DNA of 64,000 nucleotides from Acinetobacter sp. UBA3106 (GTDB lineage Bacteria; Pseudomonadota; Gammaproteobacteria; Pseudomonadales; Moraxellaceae): NCBI RefSeq assembly GCF_002365595.1, contig NZ_DFAM01000016.1; one strand, 5' to 3'. Shown piece by piece: positions 1 to 10,060 of this stretch (position 1 is its first letter; each line of letters starts with the position of its first letter). The notes under the pieces were generated by a model. It saw only the letters and a program-made list of their open reading frames with translations, ran no database searches and was not told where the DNA came from. The position numbers and the translations under genes were made by a program.

Positions 1-629
1 CTGCTCCGCCGGATCAATCTTTAGAATGGTCTGATGCCGGTGTTGAAGGTGCAAACCGTTTCTTAAAACGCGTATGGCGCTTGGCAACTGGTTTCCTTGA
101 ACAAGGCAATAATGCTGCAACCATTGATAAAGCAAATTTATCAAAAGATGCGCAAGATTTACGTCGTAAAACACATGAGACCATTCAGAAAGTGGGTGAT
201 GACATCGAACGTCGTCATGCATTCAACACTGCAATTGCAGCGATGATGGAACTTCTAAATGCCAACAACAAGTTTGAAGCGAAAGATGAAAACGATGTTG
301 CTGTAGCACGCGAGTCAATCACGACGCTTCTTACATTGCTTGCACCGTTTGCACCGCACTTAAGCCAAACTTTATTAGCTGAGTTTGGTATCGAATTAAC
401 TACGGCTGCTTTCCCTGCGGTAGATGAATCAGCGCTGACTCGTAATACGCAAACGATTGTGGTTCAGGTCAACGGTAAACTTCGTGGCAAGCTTGAAGTG
501 TCTGTAGATGCTTCTAAAGAAGACATTTTGGCGCAAGCTAAAGCCTTACCAGAAGTTCAACAATTCTTGACTGCTCCAACCAAGAAAGAAATTGTGGTTC
601 CAAATAAGTTAGTGAATTTGGTGGTTTAA
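1..629 (+). CDS. leuS: Leucyl-tRNA synthetase, C-terminal fragment (5' end lies outside the window)
   Basis: Frame is open from nt 3. Translation SLEWSDAGVEGANRFLKRVW... plus the C-terminal domain is typical of LeuRS. The leuS-lptE-holA order is conserved. Confidence 0.9.
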   Translation, partial: APPDQSLEWSDAGVEGANRFLKRVWRLATGFLEQGNNAATIDKANLSKDAQDLRRKTHETIQKVGDDIERRHAFNTAIAAMMELLNANNKFEAKDENDVAVARESITTLLTLLAPFAPHLSQTLLAEFGIELTTAAFPAVDESALTRNTQTIVVQVNGKLRGKLEVSVDASKEDILAQAKALPEVQQFLTAPTKKEIVVPNKLVNLVV

Positions 630-633
630 TTTA

Positions 634-766
634 ATCCCCCTAAGTCTCCCTTTTATAAAGAGGGACTTCCCAATCTTAATTAAAAAAGAGATTCTCCTCC
701 CTTTTTAAAGGGAGGTCGGGAGGGATTAAATCTCCCCTAACCCCTCTTTAATAAAGAGGGGAATTT
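634..766. repeat. Cluster of three short GC-rich palindromic (REP-like) units
   Basis: Hairpins are cccttttataaagaggg (648-664), ctccctttttaaagggag (697-714) and cccctctttaataaagagggg (741-761). Unit 2 plus its tail ggtcgggagggat recurs at 43879-43915. Confidence 0.75.
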
Positions 767-789
767 AAGGATTACAACAATTCCCAAAC

Positions 790-816
790 AAAGCCCGTTG
801 CCAGTCAACGGGCTTT
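790..816 (+). terminator. Stem-loop downstream of leuS (weak U tract)
   Basis: aaagcccgttg-ccagt-caacgggcttt forms an 11-bp stem with a 5-nt loop. Only UUU follows it. Confidence 0.45.
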
Positions 817-885
817 GCACATACAATCACTACATAATTTTAGATCTTCCTTTTTTGCTTTGAAGAACAACACAGAGGACAACGC

Positions 886-1422
886 ATGCATTTGGGCAAA
901 CGTTTAGCAGCAATTGTTTTAACTTGTGGTCTAAGTGCAAGCTTAGTCGGTTGCGGCTTCCATCTAAAAGGCACCAATCCGGCGACAGCTCCTGTGGCTT
1001 ATTCTAAAATGAAATTGGTACTGCCAAATGATGCAGGACAATTGCATGAAAAACTTGCAATTTATTTAGGTGCAACAGGAATTCAACTGAGCGACAGTGC
1101 TGATGCCTATGTATTGCGTGTACTGAATTACACCCCACAACGCCATGAATTGAATGGCAAACTGGTCGAAACCCTGCTGCGCCTGACCGTGACTTTCCGT
1201 ATTGAAGATGCACAAGGCAACCCGGTCACCGAACCGCGTACCATTACAGCTTCACGCAGCTATCAATATGATGTGGCTACAGTAAACACGGATGATCAGG
1301 AACAGAAGTATCTCAATCAAGTGATTGTTGATGATGTGGCACAGCAAATCGTACGTCAGATTTCATCTAACCGTTTGCCTAAAGTCGTGACCAAACCGGC
1401 CAGTTCAACCCTTCAACCTTAA
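886..1422 (+). CDS. lptE: LPS-assembly lipoprotein LptE
   Basis: Lipobox LVGC is followed by GFHLKG (E. coli LptE has CGWHLR). Size is 178 aa. It lies between leuS and holA. Confidence 0.8.
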   Translation: MHLGKRLAAIVLTCGLSASLVGCGFHLKGTNPATAPVAYSKMKLVLPNDAGQLHEKLAIYLGATGIQLSDSADAYVLRVLNYTPQRHELNGKLVETLLRLTVTFRIEDAQGNPVTEPRTITASRSYQYDVATVNTDDQEQKYLNQVIVDDVAQQIVRQISSNRLPKVVTKPASSTLQP

Positions 1423-1439
1423 ATATAGAAAATAGAGCT

Positions 1440-2429
1440 ATGAAACTTGACTATCCCCAAGCACTCAAACGTGTTGATGAAGCTCGCGGTGCCTGGATTA
1501 TGTATGGTCAAGAGCCCTTGCTCGAACAAAATTTACTGGATGCTTTTCGTCAAAGTTGGCAAAAACAGGAAATTGAACGGCAGCGTTATGATATTAGCAA
1601 TGTCAGTGACTGGAAAAATGTCTTTAATGCTTTAAATAGCCTATCCTTATTTTCTACTCAACTTGCTGTTGAAGTGCATGGCAATATCAAGCCGGATGCA
1701 AACGGCATCAAGCAACTAAAAAGCTATATCCAGCACAATGAGCAAAACCTGCTTTTGGTGGTGATGCCCAAACAGGACAGCAGCAGCTTGAAATCGAGCT
1801 TCTTTCAGGTGGTAGATGCCAACGGTGTCACCGTACCGCTTACGGCCAATTATCCGCAAGACCGGCAGCGCATTTTAAGCATTGAGGCTGACAAGCTTGG
1901 GATTAAACTTGCCAATGATGCCTGGGCTTGGCTTGAACAACATCATGAACATAACCTACTGGCAGCCAAAAACAGTTTAATGCGCGTCAGTGATACTTTT
2001 GCAGATGTGGATATCATCCAGATTGATCATTTGTATTCATGCTTACAGGACCAGTCGCGCTACACCACTTACGATTTAAATGATGCCCTGCTTGCAGGCA
2101 ATCTGGCTCAGGCGATTAAAATTTTCCAATATCTGATTGTTTCAGGCGAGCCGATGAGTCTGATCTTATGGAGCATCAGTAAAGAAATGCGTTTGCTGAT
2201 GCAACTGTTTGAACAGCCGCAAAATGCCTTGCAGCTCGGAATCTGGAAAAATAAGGTCAGCCAATATCAGCAGGCTTTGAGACGACTGAATCCAAACATT
2301 TTTCTGACTTGGCCTTCCCTGTTATTACGTATTGATGCGTCCATTAAAGGTTTGGGAAAAGAAAATCCTGAACATTTGATTATGCAAGCGATTGGCAGCA
2401 TGTGTGGTCAAACTTTATTTGTAGAGTAA
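1440..2429 (+). CDS. holA: DNA polymerase III delta subunit
   Basis: 329 aa. N-terminal segment YGQEPLLEQ...LSLFSTQLAVEV is typical of the delta subunit. Synteny after lptE agrees. Confidence 0.8.
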   Translation: MKLDYPQALKRVDEARGAWIMYGQEPLLEQNLLDAFRQSWQKQEIERQRYDISNVSDWKNVFNALNSLSLFSTQLAVEVHGNIKPDANGIKQLKSYIQHNEQNLLLVVMPKQDSSSLKSSFFQVVDANGVTVPLTANYPQDRQRILSIEADKLGIKLANDAWAWLEQHHEHNLLAAKNSLMRVSDTFADVDIIQIDHLYSCLQDQSRYTTYDLNDALLAGNLAQAIKIFQYLIVSGEPMSLILWSISKEMRLLMQLFEQPQNALQLGIWKNKVSQYQQALRRLNPNIFLTWPSLLLRIDASIKGLGKENPEHLIMQAIGSMCGQTLFVE

Positions 2430-2629
2430 TCTGCACAGCTTATTTTCACTTTTTTTGTCGCTTATTGTTAACCAGAAAATTCTTATTTTCGTTCTAAAAT
2501 GGCGTAACTACAGTAAAATTCAATAATACAACTCCATCTCACAAAATAATAACAATTCTCATTTGTTAAAAAAATTCACGTTTTATCCTCATTTAACTTT
2601 TATAATCCTTTTTAATTTCCATAATTTAT

Positions 2630-3982
2630 ATGTTTAGCATGCCAAAAATTAAACCATCTAAAATTGTCGTCGCGGTGGTCTGCATACTTGCGATCGCCGT
2701 AACCGCCTGGTTTTTCTTAAAACCTAAAGAACAGCAACCTCAATACATTACCAGCGAAGTGAGCCGTGGTGATATTGAGGATTCTGTGCTTGCAACCGGT
2801 GTACTTGAGGCGACCAAAATGGTCAGCGTGGGCGCACAGGTGTCCGGTCAGGTGAAAAAAATGTATGTGAAATTGGGCGACCAGGTGAAACAAGGTCAAC
2901 TGATTGCTCAAATTGATTCGATCCGTCAGGAAAATGACCTAAAAACGGCTGAAGCGAGTATTAAAAATCAACAAGCGCAACTCGCAGTCAAGCAAGCCAA
3001 CCTAGCTAAAGTTCAAGCCGAATATCAACGCCAACAAGCGATGTATGCACAAGATGCAACCTCACGTGCTGAACTTGAGTCCGCATTGGCCAGCTATAAA
3101 ACAGCCCAAGCTGATATTTTGGCAATTAATGCACAAATTGAACAATCCCGTTTAACCCTGGCAACGGCTAAAGAAGATTTGGGCTATACCCAGATTGTTG
3201 CGCCGATGGATGGTACGATTGTGGCGATTGTGACTGAGGAAGGCCAAACCGTAAACGCCAACCAAAGTGCACCGACTATTGTAAAACTGGCAAAACTTGA
3301 CAACATGACCATCAAGGCGGAAATTTCTGAAGCCGACGTGATGAAAGTTGAAGAAGGTCAAACTGTATATTTCACTACCTTGGGCAATAGCGACAAAAAA
3401 CATTATGCAAAACTGCGCCAAGTAGAACCTGCACCGAATTCAATTAATACTGAAACCAATAACAGTTCAACCTCATCTTCAAGTTCTGCGGTGTATTACA
3501 ACGCCTTATTTGATGTACCCAATGAAGATGGCAAGCTACGTATTGATATGACTGCACAGGTTTATATCGTACTGAATGAAGCAAAAAATGTGTTAACCGT
3601 TCCTGCGGCGGCTTTACAAACTTCAAACCGTCCACAAGGCAAACGTAGTGAGCGTAATGTAGACAAAGCCAAGGAACAAAAGCCGGCTGCTACAGATCAG
3701 GCTAAAGCTGAACGACCAAAACGCCTGGAACTGTCTGCTGAAGAAAAATCCCTGATTGAACAAGGCAAAGCTTCCATGTCGATGGTTCGTGTAGTGCAGG
3801 CTGATGGCACTGCAAAACCGCAACCTGTGTTGGTTGGCTTGAACAACCGTGTCACTACTCAAGTGATTAAAGGCTTGAAACAAGGTGACAAAGTCGTGAT
3901 TGCAGATGCTTCTGATACATCAAATGATTCTGCAAAACGTAGTAACCGTGCTGGCGGTGGTGCTGGTCCAATGAGAATGTAA
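2630..3982 (+). CDS. macA: Macrolide-type efflux periplasmic adaptor (HlyD/MFP family, MacA-like)
   Basis: N-terminal membrane anchor, coiled-coil hairpin and beta-barrel segments. Its stop overlaps the macB start (TAATG). It has Ser-rich and Lys/Glu-rich insertions relative to my recollection of a shorter E. coli MacA. Confidence 0.8.
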   Translation: MFSMPKIKPSKIVVAVVCILAIAVTAWFFLKPKEQQPQYITSEVSRGDIEDSVLATGVLEATKMVSVGAQVSGQVKKMYVKLGDQVKQGQLIAQIDSIRQENDLKTAEASIKNQQAQLAVKQANLAKVQAEYQRQQAMYAQDATSRAELESALASYKTAQADILAINAQIEQSRLTLATAKEDLGYTQIVAPMDGTIVAIVTEEGQTVNANQSAPTIVKLAKLDNMTIKAEISEADVMKVEEGQTVYFTTLGNSDKKHYAKLRQVEPAPNSINTETNNSSTSSSSSAVYYNALFDVPNEDGKLRIDMTAQVYIVLNEAKNVLTVPAAALQTSNRPQGKRSERNVDKAKEQKPAATDQAKAERPKRLELSAEEKSLIEQGKASMSMVRVVQADGTAKPQPVLVGLNNRVTTQVIKGLKQGDKVVIADASDTSNDSAKRSNRAGGGAGPMRM

Positions 3983-5964
3983 TGATGAGTCAAGATCAAC
4001 AACCTTTGCTCAAGGTCACAGATCTGACTCGTGAATTCCCTGCCGGGGAAAGCACCATTCAGATTCTAAAGGGCATTAATTTAGAAATTTATCCCGGAGA
4101 ACTGGTGGCCATTGTCGGGCAATCCGGTTCGGGGAAATCCACCCTGATGAATATCCTCGGTTGTCTAGATCAACCGACTGCGGGTAGCTATCAGGTTAAA
4201 GGGCGCGAAACACGCAAATTGGAACCGGATGAACTGGCACAACTGCGCCGTGAATATTTCGGTTTTATTTTCCAGCGCTATCATTTACTCGGTGATTTAA
4301 CTGCGGCAGGGAATGTTGAAGTACCAGCGATTTATGCTGGAGTGGATGCCTCTGCGCGTCAGCAACGTTCAACCGAACTGCTGTCCAACCTAGGTTTAGC
4401 TGAAAAAACCCAGAACCGTCCCAGTCAGCTTTCCGGTGGTCAGCAGCAACGTGTTTCGATTGCACGTGCCCTGATGAATGGCGGCGATGTGATTCTGGCC
4501 GATGAACCGACCGGTGCACTGGATAAAAACAGTGGTATTGAAGTGATGCGTATTTTACGTGAACTAAATGCCAAAGGTCATACCATCATTTTGGTTACCC
4601 ACGATCATAACGTTGCGAAAAATGCCTCGCGCATTATTGAAATCAGTGACGGGAATATTATTTCGGATAAACCGAATGTTCCTGAAACCGATGGCGAAGT
4701 ACTGGAAAAGCAGCAGCTTGACCGTACCCCGCAAAAGAAAACACCTTCTTGGCGTTCGGCAGCCGACCGGCTAGGCGAAGCCTTCCGTATGGCACTGCTG
4801 GCCATGAATGCCCACCGCATGCGTACCTTTCTGACCATGCTCGGGATCATTATTGGTATTGCATCTGTTGTATCGGTAGTCGCTTTAGGGAATGGCTCAC
4901 AGAAACAGATTCTGGAAAATATCAGCAGTCTGGGTACCAATACGATTACGGTTTATCAGGGTCGTGGATTTGGTGATAACTCCAAAACCGCCCAAGTCAA
5001 AACTCTGGTTCCTGCCGATGCGGAAGCCTTGGCTGAACAACCTTATGTCGATGGGGTCAGTCCTTCAGTCAATAGCAGCGTCACTGCCCGTTTTAAAGAT
5101 ACCGAAGCGTCTGCCACAGTGAATGGTGTCAGTGAAGACTTTTTCTACGTGAAAGGCATGACCTTCGAATCGGGGCAACCTTTTGACAAAGAAGGTGTCA
5201 CTAAACGTGCCCAAGATGTGGTGATTGATGACAATACCAAAAAGACATTTTTTAGTGATGGCACCAATCCTGTCGGTCAAGTTATTTTGCTGGGCAGTGT
5301 ACCGAGTCGTATTATTGGCGTGATTGAAGCGCAAAAATCGATGATGGGGAATTCAGACAGCCTGAATGTTTATCTGCCCTACTCCACTGTGATGAGCCGG
5401 ATGTTAGGTCAGGCCAATGTACGTAGCATCATCGTGCGGATCAAAGATGAATACCCAAGTGCGGCAGCTGAAAATGCCATTTTGAACCTGTTGGTACAAC
5501 GTCACGGCGCACAGGATGTATTCACCCAAAATGCAGACAGTATTCGTGAAACCATTCAACAAACCACTCAGACCATGACTCTACTGGTTTCTGCAATTGC
5601 GGTGATTTCCCTGATTGTCGGCGGTATTGGGGTCATGAACATCATGCTGGTTTCGGTGACCGAACGTACTCAGGAAATTGGCGTACGTATGGCGGTCGGT
5701 GCTCGTCAAAGTGACATCTTGCAGCAGTTCCTGATTGAAGCCGTGTTGGTGTGTATTTTAGGCGGAATTTTAGGTGTGCTTTTATCTTTAGGTATTGGGC
5801 AGCTGATTAGTCATTTTGCTGGCGGTACTTTCCAGATGGCATATTCAACCACATCGATTATTGCAGCCTTTGTCTGTTCCAGCATGATCGGAATTATCTT
5901 TGGTTTTATCCCGGCCCGTAATGCAGCACAGCTTAATCCTGTCGATGCACTTTCTCGCGAATAA
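3982..5964 (+). CDS. macB: Macrolide export ABC transporter, fused ATPase and FtsX-type permease (MacB)
   Basis: Walker A GQSGSGKST, signature LSGGQQQR and Walker B ILADEPT. C-terminal 4-TM FtsX domain with a large periplasmic loop. Confidence 0.9.
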   Translation: MMSQDQQPLLKVTDLTREFPAGESTIQILKGINLEIYPGELVAIVGQSGSGKSTLMNILGCLDQPTAGSYQVKGRETRKLEPDELAQLRREYFGFIFQRYHLLGDLTAAGNVEVPAIYAGVDASARQQRSTELLSNLGLAEKTQNRPSQLSGGQQQRVSIARALMNGGDVILADEPTGALDKNSGIEVMRILRELNAKGHTIILVTHDHNVAKNASRIIEISDGNIISDKPNVPETDGEVLEKQQLDRTPQKKTPSWRSAADRLGEAFRMALLAMNAHRMRTFLTMLGIIIGIASVVSVVALGNGSQKQILENISSLGTNTITVYQGRGFGDNSKTAQVKTLVPADAEALAEQPYVDGVSPSVNSSVTARFKDTEASATVNGVSEDFFYVKGMTFESGQPFDKEGVTKRAQDVVIDDNTKKTFFSDGTNPVGQVILLGSVPSRIIGVIEAQKSMMGNSDSLNVYLPYSTVMSRMLGQANVRSIIVRIKDEYPSAAAENAILNLLVQRHGAQDVFTQNADSIRETIQQTTQTMTLLVSAIAVISLIVGGIGVMNIMLVSVTERTQEIGVRMAVGARQSDILQQFLIEAVLVCILGGILGVLLSLGIGQLISHFAGGTFQMAYSTTSIIAAFVCSSMIGIIFGFIPARNAAQLNPVDALSRE

Positions 5965-5975
5965 GGATTTTTAGA

Positions 5976-7379
5976 ATGCAAATGAATTTTACCAAACTTG
6001 TCGCTAGTCTTATTTTAACTGGATCACTGGTCGGTTGTGCTGCGGTGGTGAAAACCCCGTATGAGCAGCCTGCCGTAAATATTCCAGGCAATTTCCAGAA
6101 CAGTAAAGCACTCAGCCAGCAGGTACATGCCGATGTCTACGCTGATCAATGGTGGACCCTGTTTGGCGATGCACAGCTGAATCAACTGGTTAATCAGGTG
6201 TTAGCGACTAATACCGATTTGGCAGTGGCTGGCATTAACTTGCAGCAGGCACGCTTACAAGCCGGTTTGGCTCAAAACAGGCAAGGTCCACGGGTCAGCT
6301 CCAGCGTTTCAGCAGGACATAGTATTGACCTGAATTCAGGTGATGATGCTTCACGCGGCTTGTCTTTAAGTGGCGGTGTGAGTTATGAACTCGATTTGTT
6401 CGGCAAACTGGCGCGTCAAACTGAAGCCAGTAAATGGGAAGCGCTAGCGACTGAACAGGACTTGCAAAGTACCGCACAAAGTCTGATAGCGACCACTGCC
6501 AACTTATACTGGCAATTGGGCTATCTGAATGAACGCTATCAGATAGCCCAACAAAACCTCGCCAGTACACAAAAAGTCTTTGAGCTGGTACGCACCCAAT
6601 ATCGTGCCGGGGCAGTTTCAGGTCTGGATCTCACCTCTGCAGAACAATCGGTTCAAAGCCAAAGAGCCAGTTTAAGTCAGATCGAACAGCAGCGTGTTGA
6701 AGCACGCACGGCTTTGGCCGTTTTACTTAATATGCCCGTCCAGCAACTGAACATTCAGGAACCTGCCCGTTTACCGCGGATTACCCTACCGACTGTATCG
6801 GCTGGCTTGCCGGCTGACTTGCTGTCGCGTCGTCCGGATTTACAAGCCTCCGAATTACGTTTACGTAAGGCTTTGGCAAGCAAAGATGCCACTAAGGCCA
6901 GCTATTATCCTTCCATTAGTCTGACCGGAAATTTAGGTTCTTCCAGCACATCGTTAACTAACCTGTTGCAGAACCCGGCTTTAACCTTGGGTGCGAATCT
7001 CAGCTTGCCGTTCCTGCAATACAACGATATGAAGAAAGATGTGGCGATTAGTAATCTGGATTATGAAAAATCGATTATGCAATATCGCCAGACCTTATAT
7101 CAGGCTTTTGCTGATGTAGAAAATGCGCTATCTGCACGCACGGAATTAAACAAACAGGTGGCTTTGCAGGAACGGAATGTACAGCTGGCCGAGAAAACCG
7201 AGCGCTTAACTGAAGTGCGTTACCGCAACGGTGCCATCGCGCTGAAAAACCTGCTCGATGCCCAGGAAACCACACGTAATGCCCGACTTTCTTTGGTGCA
7301 GACCAGACAGAGTCAATACAATGCCTATGTAACCTTGATGCAAGCTTTAGGTGGCAGTCCCATCAAACAATTGCCTTAA
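5976..7379 (+). CDS. Efflux outer-membrane factor lipoprotein (NodT/TolC family)
   Basis: Lipobox LVGC. 467 aa with the two repeated OEP halves. It is the third gene of the macAB operon. Confidence 0.85.
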   Translation: MQMNFTKLVASLILTGSLVGCAAVVKTPYEQPAVNIPGNFQNSKALSQQVHADVYADQWWTLFGDAQLNQLVNQVLATNTDLAVAGINLQQARLQAGLAQNRQGPRVSSSVSAGHSIDLNSGDDASRGLSLSGGVSYELDLFGKLARQTEASKWEALATEQDLQSTAQSLIATTANLYWQLGYLNERYQIAQQNLASTQKVFELVRTQYRAGAVSGLDLTSAEQSVQSQRASLSQIEQQRVEARTALAVLLNMPVQQLNIQEPARLPRITLPTVSAGLPADLLSRRPDLQASELRLRKALASKDATKASYYPSISLTGNLGSSSTSLTNLLQNPALTLGANLSLPFLQYNDMKKDVAISNLDYEKSIMQYRQTLYQAFADVENALSARTELNKQVALQERNVQLAEKTERLTEVRYRNGAIALKNLLDAQETTRNARLSLVQTRQSQYNAYVTLMQALGGSPIKQLP

Positions 7380-7389
7380 GCCAAGCAAT

Positions 7390-7417
7390 AAAAAAAGCCT
7401 CAACAGAGGCTTTTTTT
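7390..7417. terminator. Bidirectional rho-independent terminator
   Basis: aaaaaaagcctc-aaca-gaggcttttttt, with an A tract and a T tract on either side. It lies between convergent genes. Confidence 0.8.
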
Positions 7418-7442
7418 ATTTAACTAGTTTTCAAGAAAAACT

Positions 7443-7964
7443 TTAAAAACTCGGACGATAATATTTATAAGTCAGACCTTTTTCATTATAAACGTCATAA
7501 CTTTTTTGCTTAAAGTCAGAGACCCATTGCTTGCCATTAAACCCTGCAATATGTCCATACACATGTTTACCGGTCCGATCAATAATATAAATATCGCCTT
7601 CTTTAGGAGCATCGAATTTAGGATTAATCTGTCGATAGCCAATTTTCATTAAAGTATTACCCCAGTCTGCCGCAGCAACGGGATGACTTTGAAAGCGTGC
7701 CCCTGCCGACTCTAAAGCAAGACGAATACTTTTCGCACACTTTTGTGAACTGCTATATGAACTGATACCCTGCAAGAAATTGGTGAATTTATTAATATCT
7801 ATTCGTTGGCCATTAGTGGTCAATATATTATTTTTTTGAGATGATTTGACGGACGTGGATTCTGTATTTTTCTTAGAATTTTTACCAGATTTGGAACGTA
7901 TTACGATATTTGCCTGAACAGGAGCATGTACTTCACTCATGTTTACATTATGATCATAAGCCAT
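7443..7964 (-). CDS. Papain-fold (NlpC/P60 / CHAP / Tae4-like) amidase-domain protein with a disordered Ser/Lys/Asn-rich N-terminus
   Basis: Candidate catalytic Cys in QKCAKSIRLALESAG and His in GDIYIIDRTGKHVYGHIAGFNG. No signal peptide is recognisable. Function is inferred from motifs only. Confidence 0.5.
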   Translation of the reverse strand: MAYDHNVNMSEVHAPVQANIVIRSKSGKNSKKNTESTSVKSSQKNNILTTNGQRIDINKFTNFLQGISSYSSSQKCAKSIRLALESAGARFQSHPVAAADWGNTLMKIGYRQINPKFDAPKEGDIYIIDRTGKHVYGHIAGFNGKQWVSDFKQKSYDVYNEKGLTYKYYRPSF

Positions 7965-8597
7965 TCTTTACCAAACACTCCTAAGCCTAAGACTAGCGGC
8001 TTTTCATTTATTTCGACGGCAAGATGGTACCTGTTAAAATGTGATTTTTCATGTAACAAATGTAATTAAATATAAATAAATCCCGCCAAATTGAGTTAAA
8101 TGATTATTTTTTGTTAATTTTTATAATTCAAAAGCACTGAAAATTTAATTGATGCTCACTCGAGCAAGACTAAGCTGTTATTGCGTTTCGAGTCTCTAAG
8201 CCATAATTCGATGGAATAAAATGGCATAAATTGCGAAATCTGATATGGGCTATATTTTGTAATTTTTTTAAGCCCTGCTTGTGCTCTTGCAGGATCATGC
8301 AATTATTTTGAATATTGAATAGCAACTGACCTATAGCGTTTTTTAGGGGTTTGAAAATTCTTTACAGAAAAATTGATTCATTTTCCTTACCCTTATAATT
8401 TTTCATCCAATCCAGTCAAGATTTGACGTGATGACTCAGGTCACCATAAAATATTAATAATATTTATATAAATCATTATTTTATGGAAATTTACTCACAG
8501 ATTTTAATTTAGCTATCTGCTCCCTTGATAGAGTTTCCTCACCGGTAAAAAAAGGCTAATATGTGCCACATGCAATTCACACGATTATGAGAGAGAC

Positions 8598-9440
8598 ATG
8601 CGTCAATATTTAGACCTTTTACAACATATCCTCGACAACGGTGGCGACAAAGGCGATCGTACTGGAACAGGTACACGTTCTGTATTTGGTCATCAAATGC
8701 GCTTTGATCTTTCCAAAGGTTTCCCTTTATTGACCACCAAAAAAGTTCATTTCCGTTCTATCGTGATTGAACTGTTATGGTTTTTAAAAGGCGATACCAA
8801 CGTTAAATATCTGCAAGACAACAAAGTGACGATTTGGGATGAATGGGCGACTGCAGAACAAACGGCTCGTTTTGGTCGTCCTGAAGGTGAGTTGGGTCCT
8901 GTCTATGGTCATCAATGGCGTAACTTTGGCGCAACTAAAAAAGAAAATGGCTTATATGAGCAAGATGGTTTTGACCAGATCAAATGGTTGATTAATGAAA
9001 TTAAGACCAATCCTAATTCACGCCGTTTAATTGTCTCTGGCTGGAACCCGAATGAAGCGGGAACTGTGGCGCTTCCACCTTGTCATACCCTGTTCCAGTT
9101 CTTTGTCCAGAACGGTAAGCTGTCTTGTCAGCTCTATCAACGTAGTGCGGACGTTTTTTTGGGCGTGCCTTTTAATATTGCCAGCTATGCGCTGCTCACA
9201 CATATGATTGCGCAAGTATGCGACCTGGATGTAGGTGACTTTGTCTGGACCGGTGGTGATACCCATTTATATACCAACCATTTTGAACAGGCAAAATTAC
9301 AGCTCAGCCGTGAACCTTTGCCACTTTGCCAATTAAAATTAAATCCTGAAGTGAAAGACATTTTCGACTTTAAATTTGAAGATATCGAAATTGTTGGTTA
9401 TGAATCCCATCCAGGGATTAAAGCGCCGGTTGCGGTTTAA
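8598..9440 (+). CDS. thyA: Thymidylate synthase
   Basis: [22 protein letters not shown]..., the active-site PPCH motif and [13 protein letters not shown] are all present. Confidence 0.95.
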   Translation: MRQYLDLLQHILDNGGDKGDRTGTGTRSVFGHQMRFDLSKGFPLLTTKKVHFRSIVIELLWFLKGDTNVKYLQDNKVTIWDEWATAEQTARFGRPEGELGPVYGHQWRNFGATKKENGLYEQDGFDQIKWLINEIKTNPNSRRLIVSGWNPNEAGTVALPPCHTLFQFFVQNGKLSCQLYQRSADVFLGVPFNIASYALLTHMIAQVCDLDVGDFVWTGGDTHLYTNHFEQAKLQLSREPLPLCQLKLNPEVKDIFDFKFEDIEIVGYESHPGIKAPVAV

Positions 9441-9448
9441 TTTCTAAA

Positions 9449-9485
9449 ATCCCCCTTTAATTCCCCCTTTTGCAAAGGGGGAAAA
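9449..9485. repeat. REP-like GC-rich palindrome between thyA and folA
   Basis: tcccccttttgcaaaggggga (9462-9482) forms a perfect 9-bp stem. It has the same C-run/T-run/A-run/G-run design as the units at 634-766. Confidence 0.7.
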
Positions 9486-9519
9486 CGTATCTGAGTATAA
9501 AAAATACAGGGAAAATTTT

Positions 9520-10032
9520 ATGACCTTCCAAAATTTAGAAGTGGTTCATGTTGTGGCCATGGACCAGCAGCGCTGCATTGGTAAAAATAATGACTTGCCT
9601 TGGCACATTTCAGCTGACCTCAAGCATTTTAAAGAAATCACCCAAGGCGGTGTTGTGGTTATGGGTCGCAAGACTCTGGAATCGATGGGTCGTACCTTAC
9701 CGAAACGGGTCAATTGGGTGATTACCCGTGACACCAGCTGGTCATTTGAAGGGACTAAAGTCGCCTATTCGATTGAAGAGGCCTTAGCCCAAGCGGTTGC
9801 CGATGTGCAAGCCTCAGAAAAGCCGGAAGCGATCTTTATTATCGGTGGCGGAGAAATCTTCAAACAGACCATGAATATTGCCGACCGTTTAGAGCTGACC
9901 CATGTTGAACTGGATGTTCAAGGCGATGCCTACTATCCGGAAATTCCAGCTGAATTTAAAAAGGTCGCCTCGGAACAACATATTGACGACAAAACTGGGA
10001 TTGCTTTTGAGTTCGCAACTTACCGAAAATAA
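9520..10032 (+). CDS. folA: Dihydrofolate reductase
   Basis: 170 aa with IGKNNDLPWH...MGRKT...IGGGEIF motifs. It is adjacent to thyA. Confidence 0.9.
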   Translation: MTFQNLEVVHVVAMDQQRCIGKNNDLPWHISADLKHFKEITQGGVVVMGRKTLESMGRTLPKRVNWVITRDTSWSFEGTKVAYSIEEALAQAVADVQASEKPEAIFIIGGGEIFKQTMNIADRLELTHVELDVQGDAYYPEIPAEFKKVASEQHIDDKTGIAFEFATYRK

Positions 10033-10060
10033 AGGCAATAATTATTTATAACAGCCAAAT

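Noticed and set aside
634-766. Considered whether the short palindromic repeats (also at 9449-9485 and 43845-43915) could be a CRISPR array
   Set aside because: The units are self-complementary and irregularly spaced. Their sequences are non-identical, they lack uniform spacers, and they are dispersed after genes. They are REP-like, not CRISPR.
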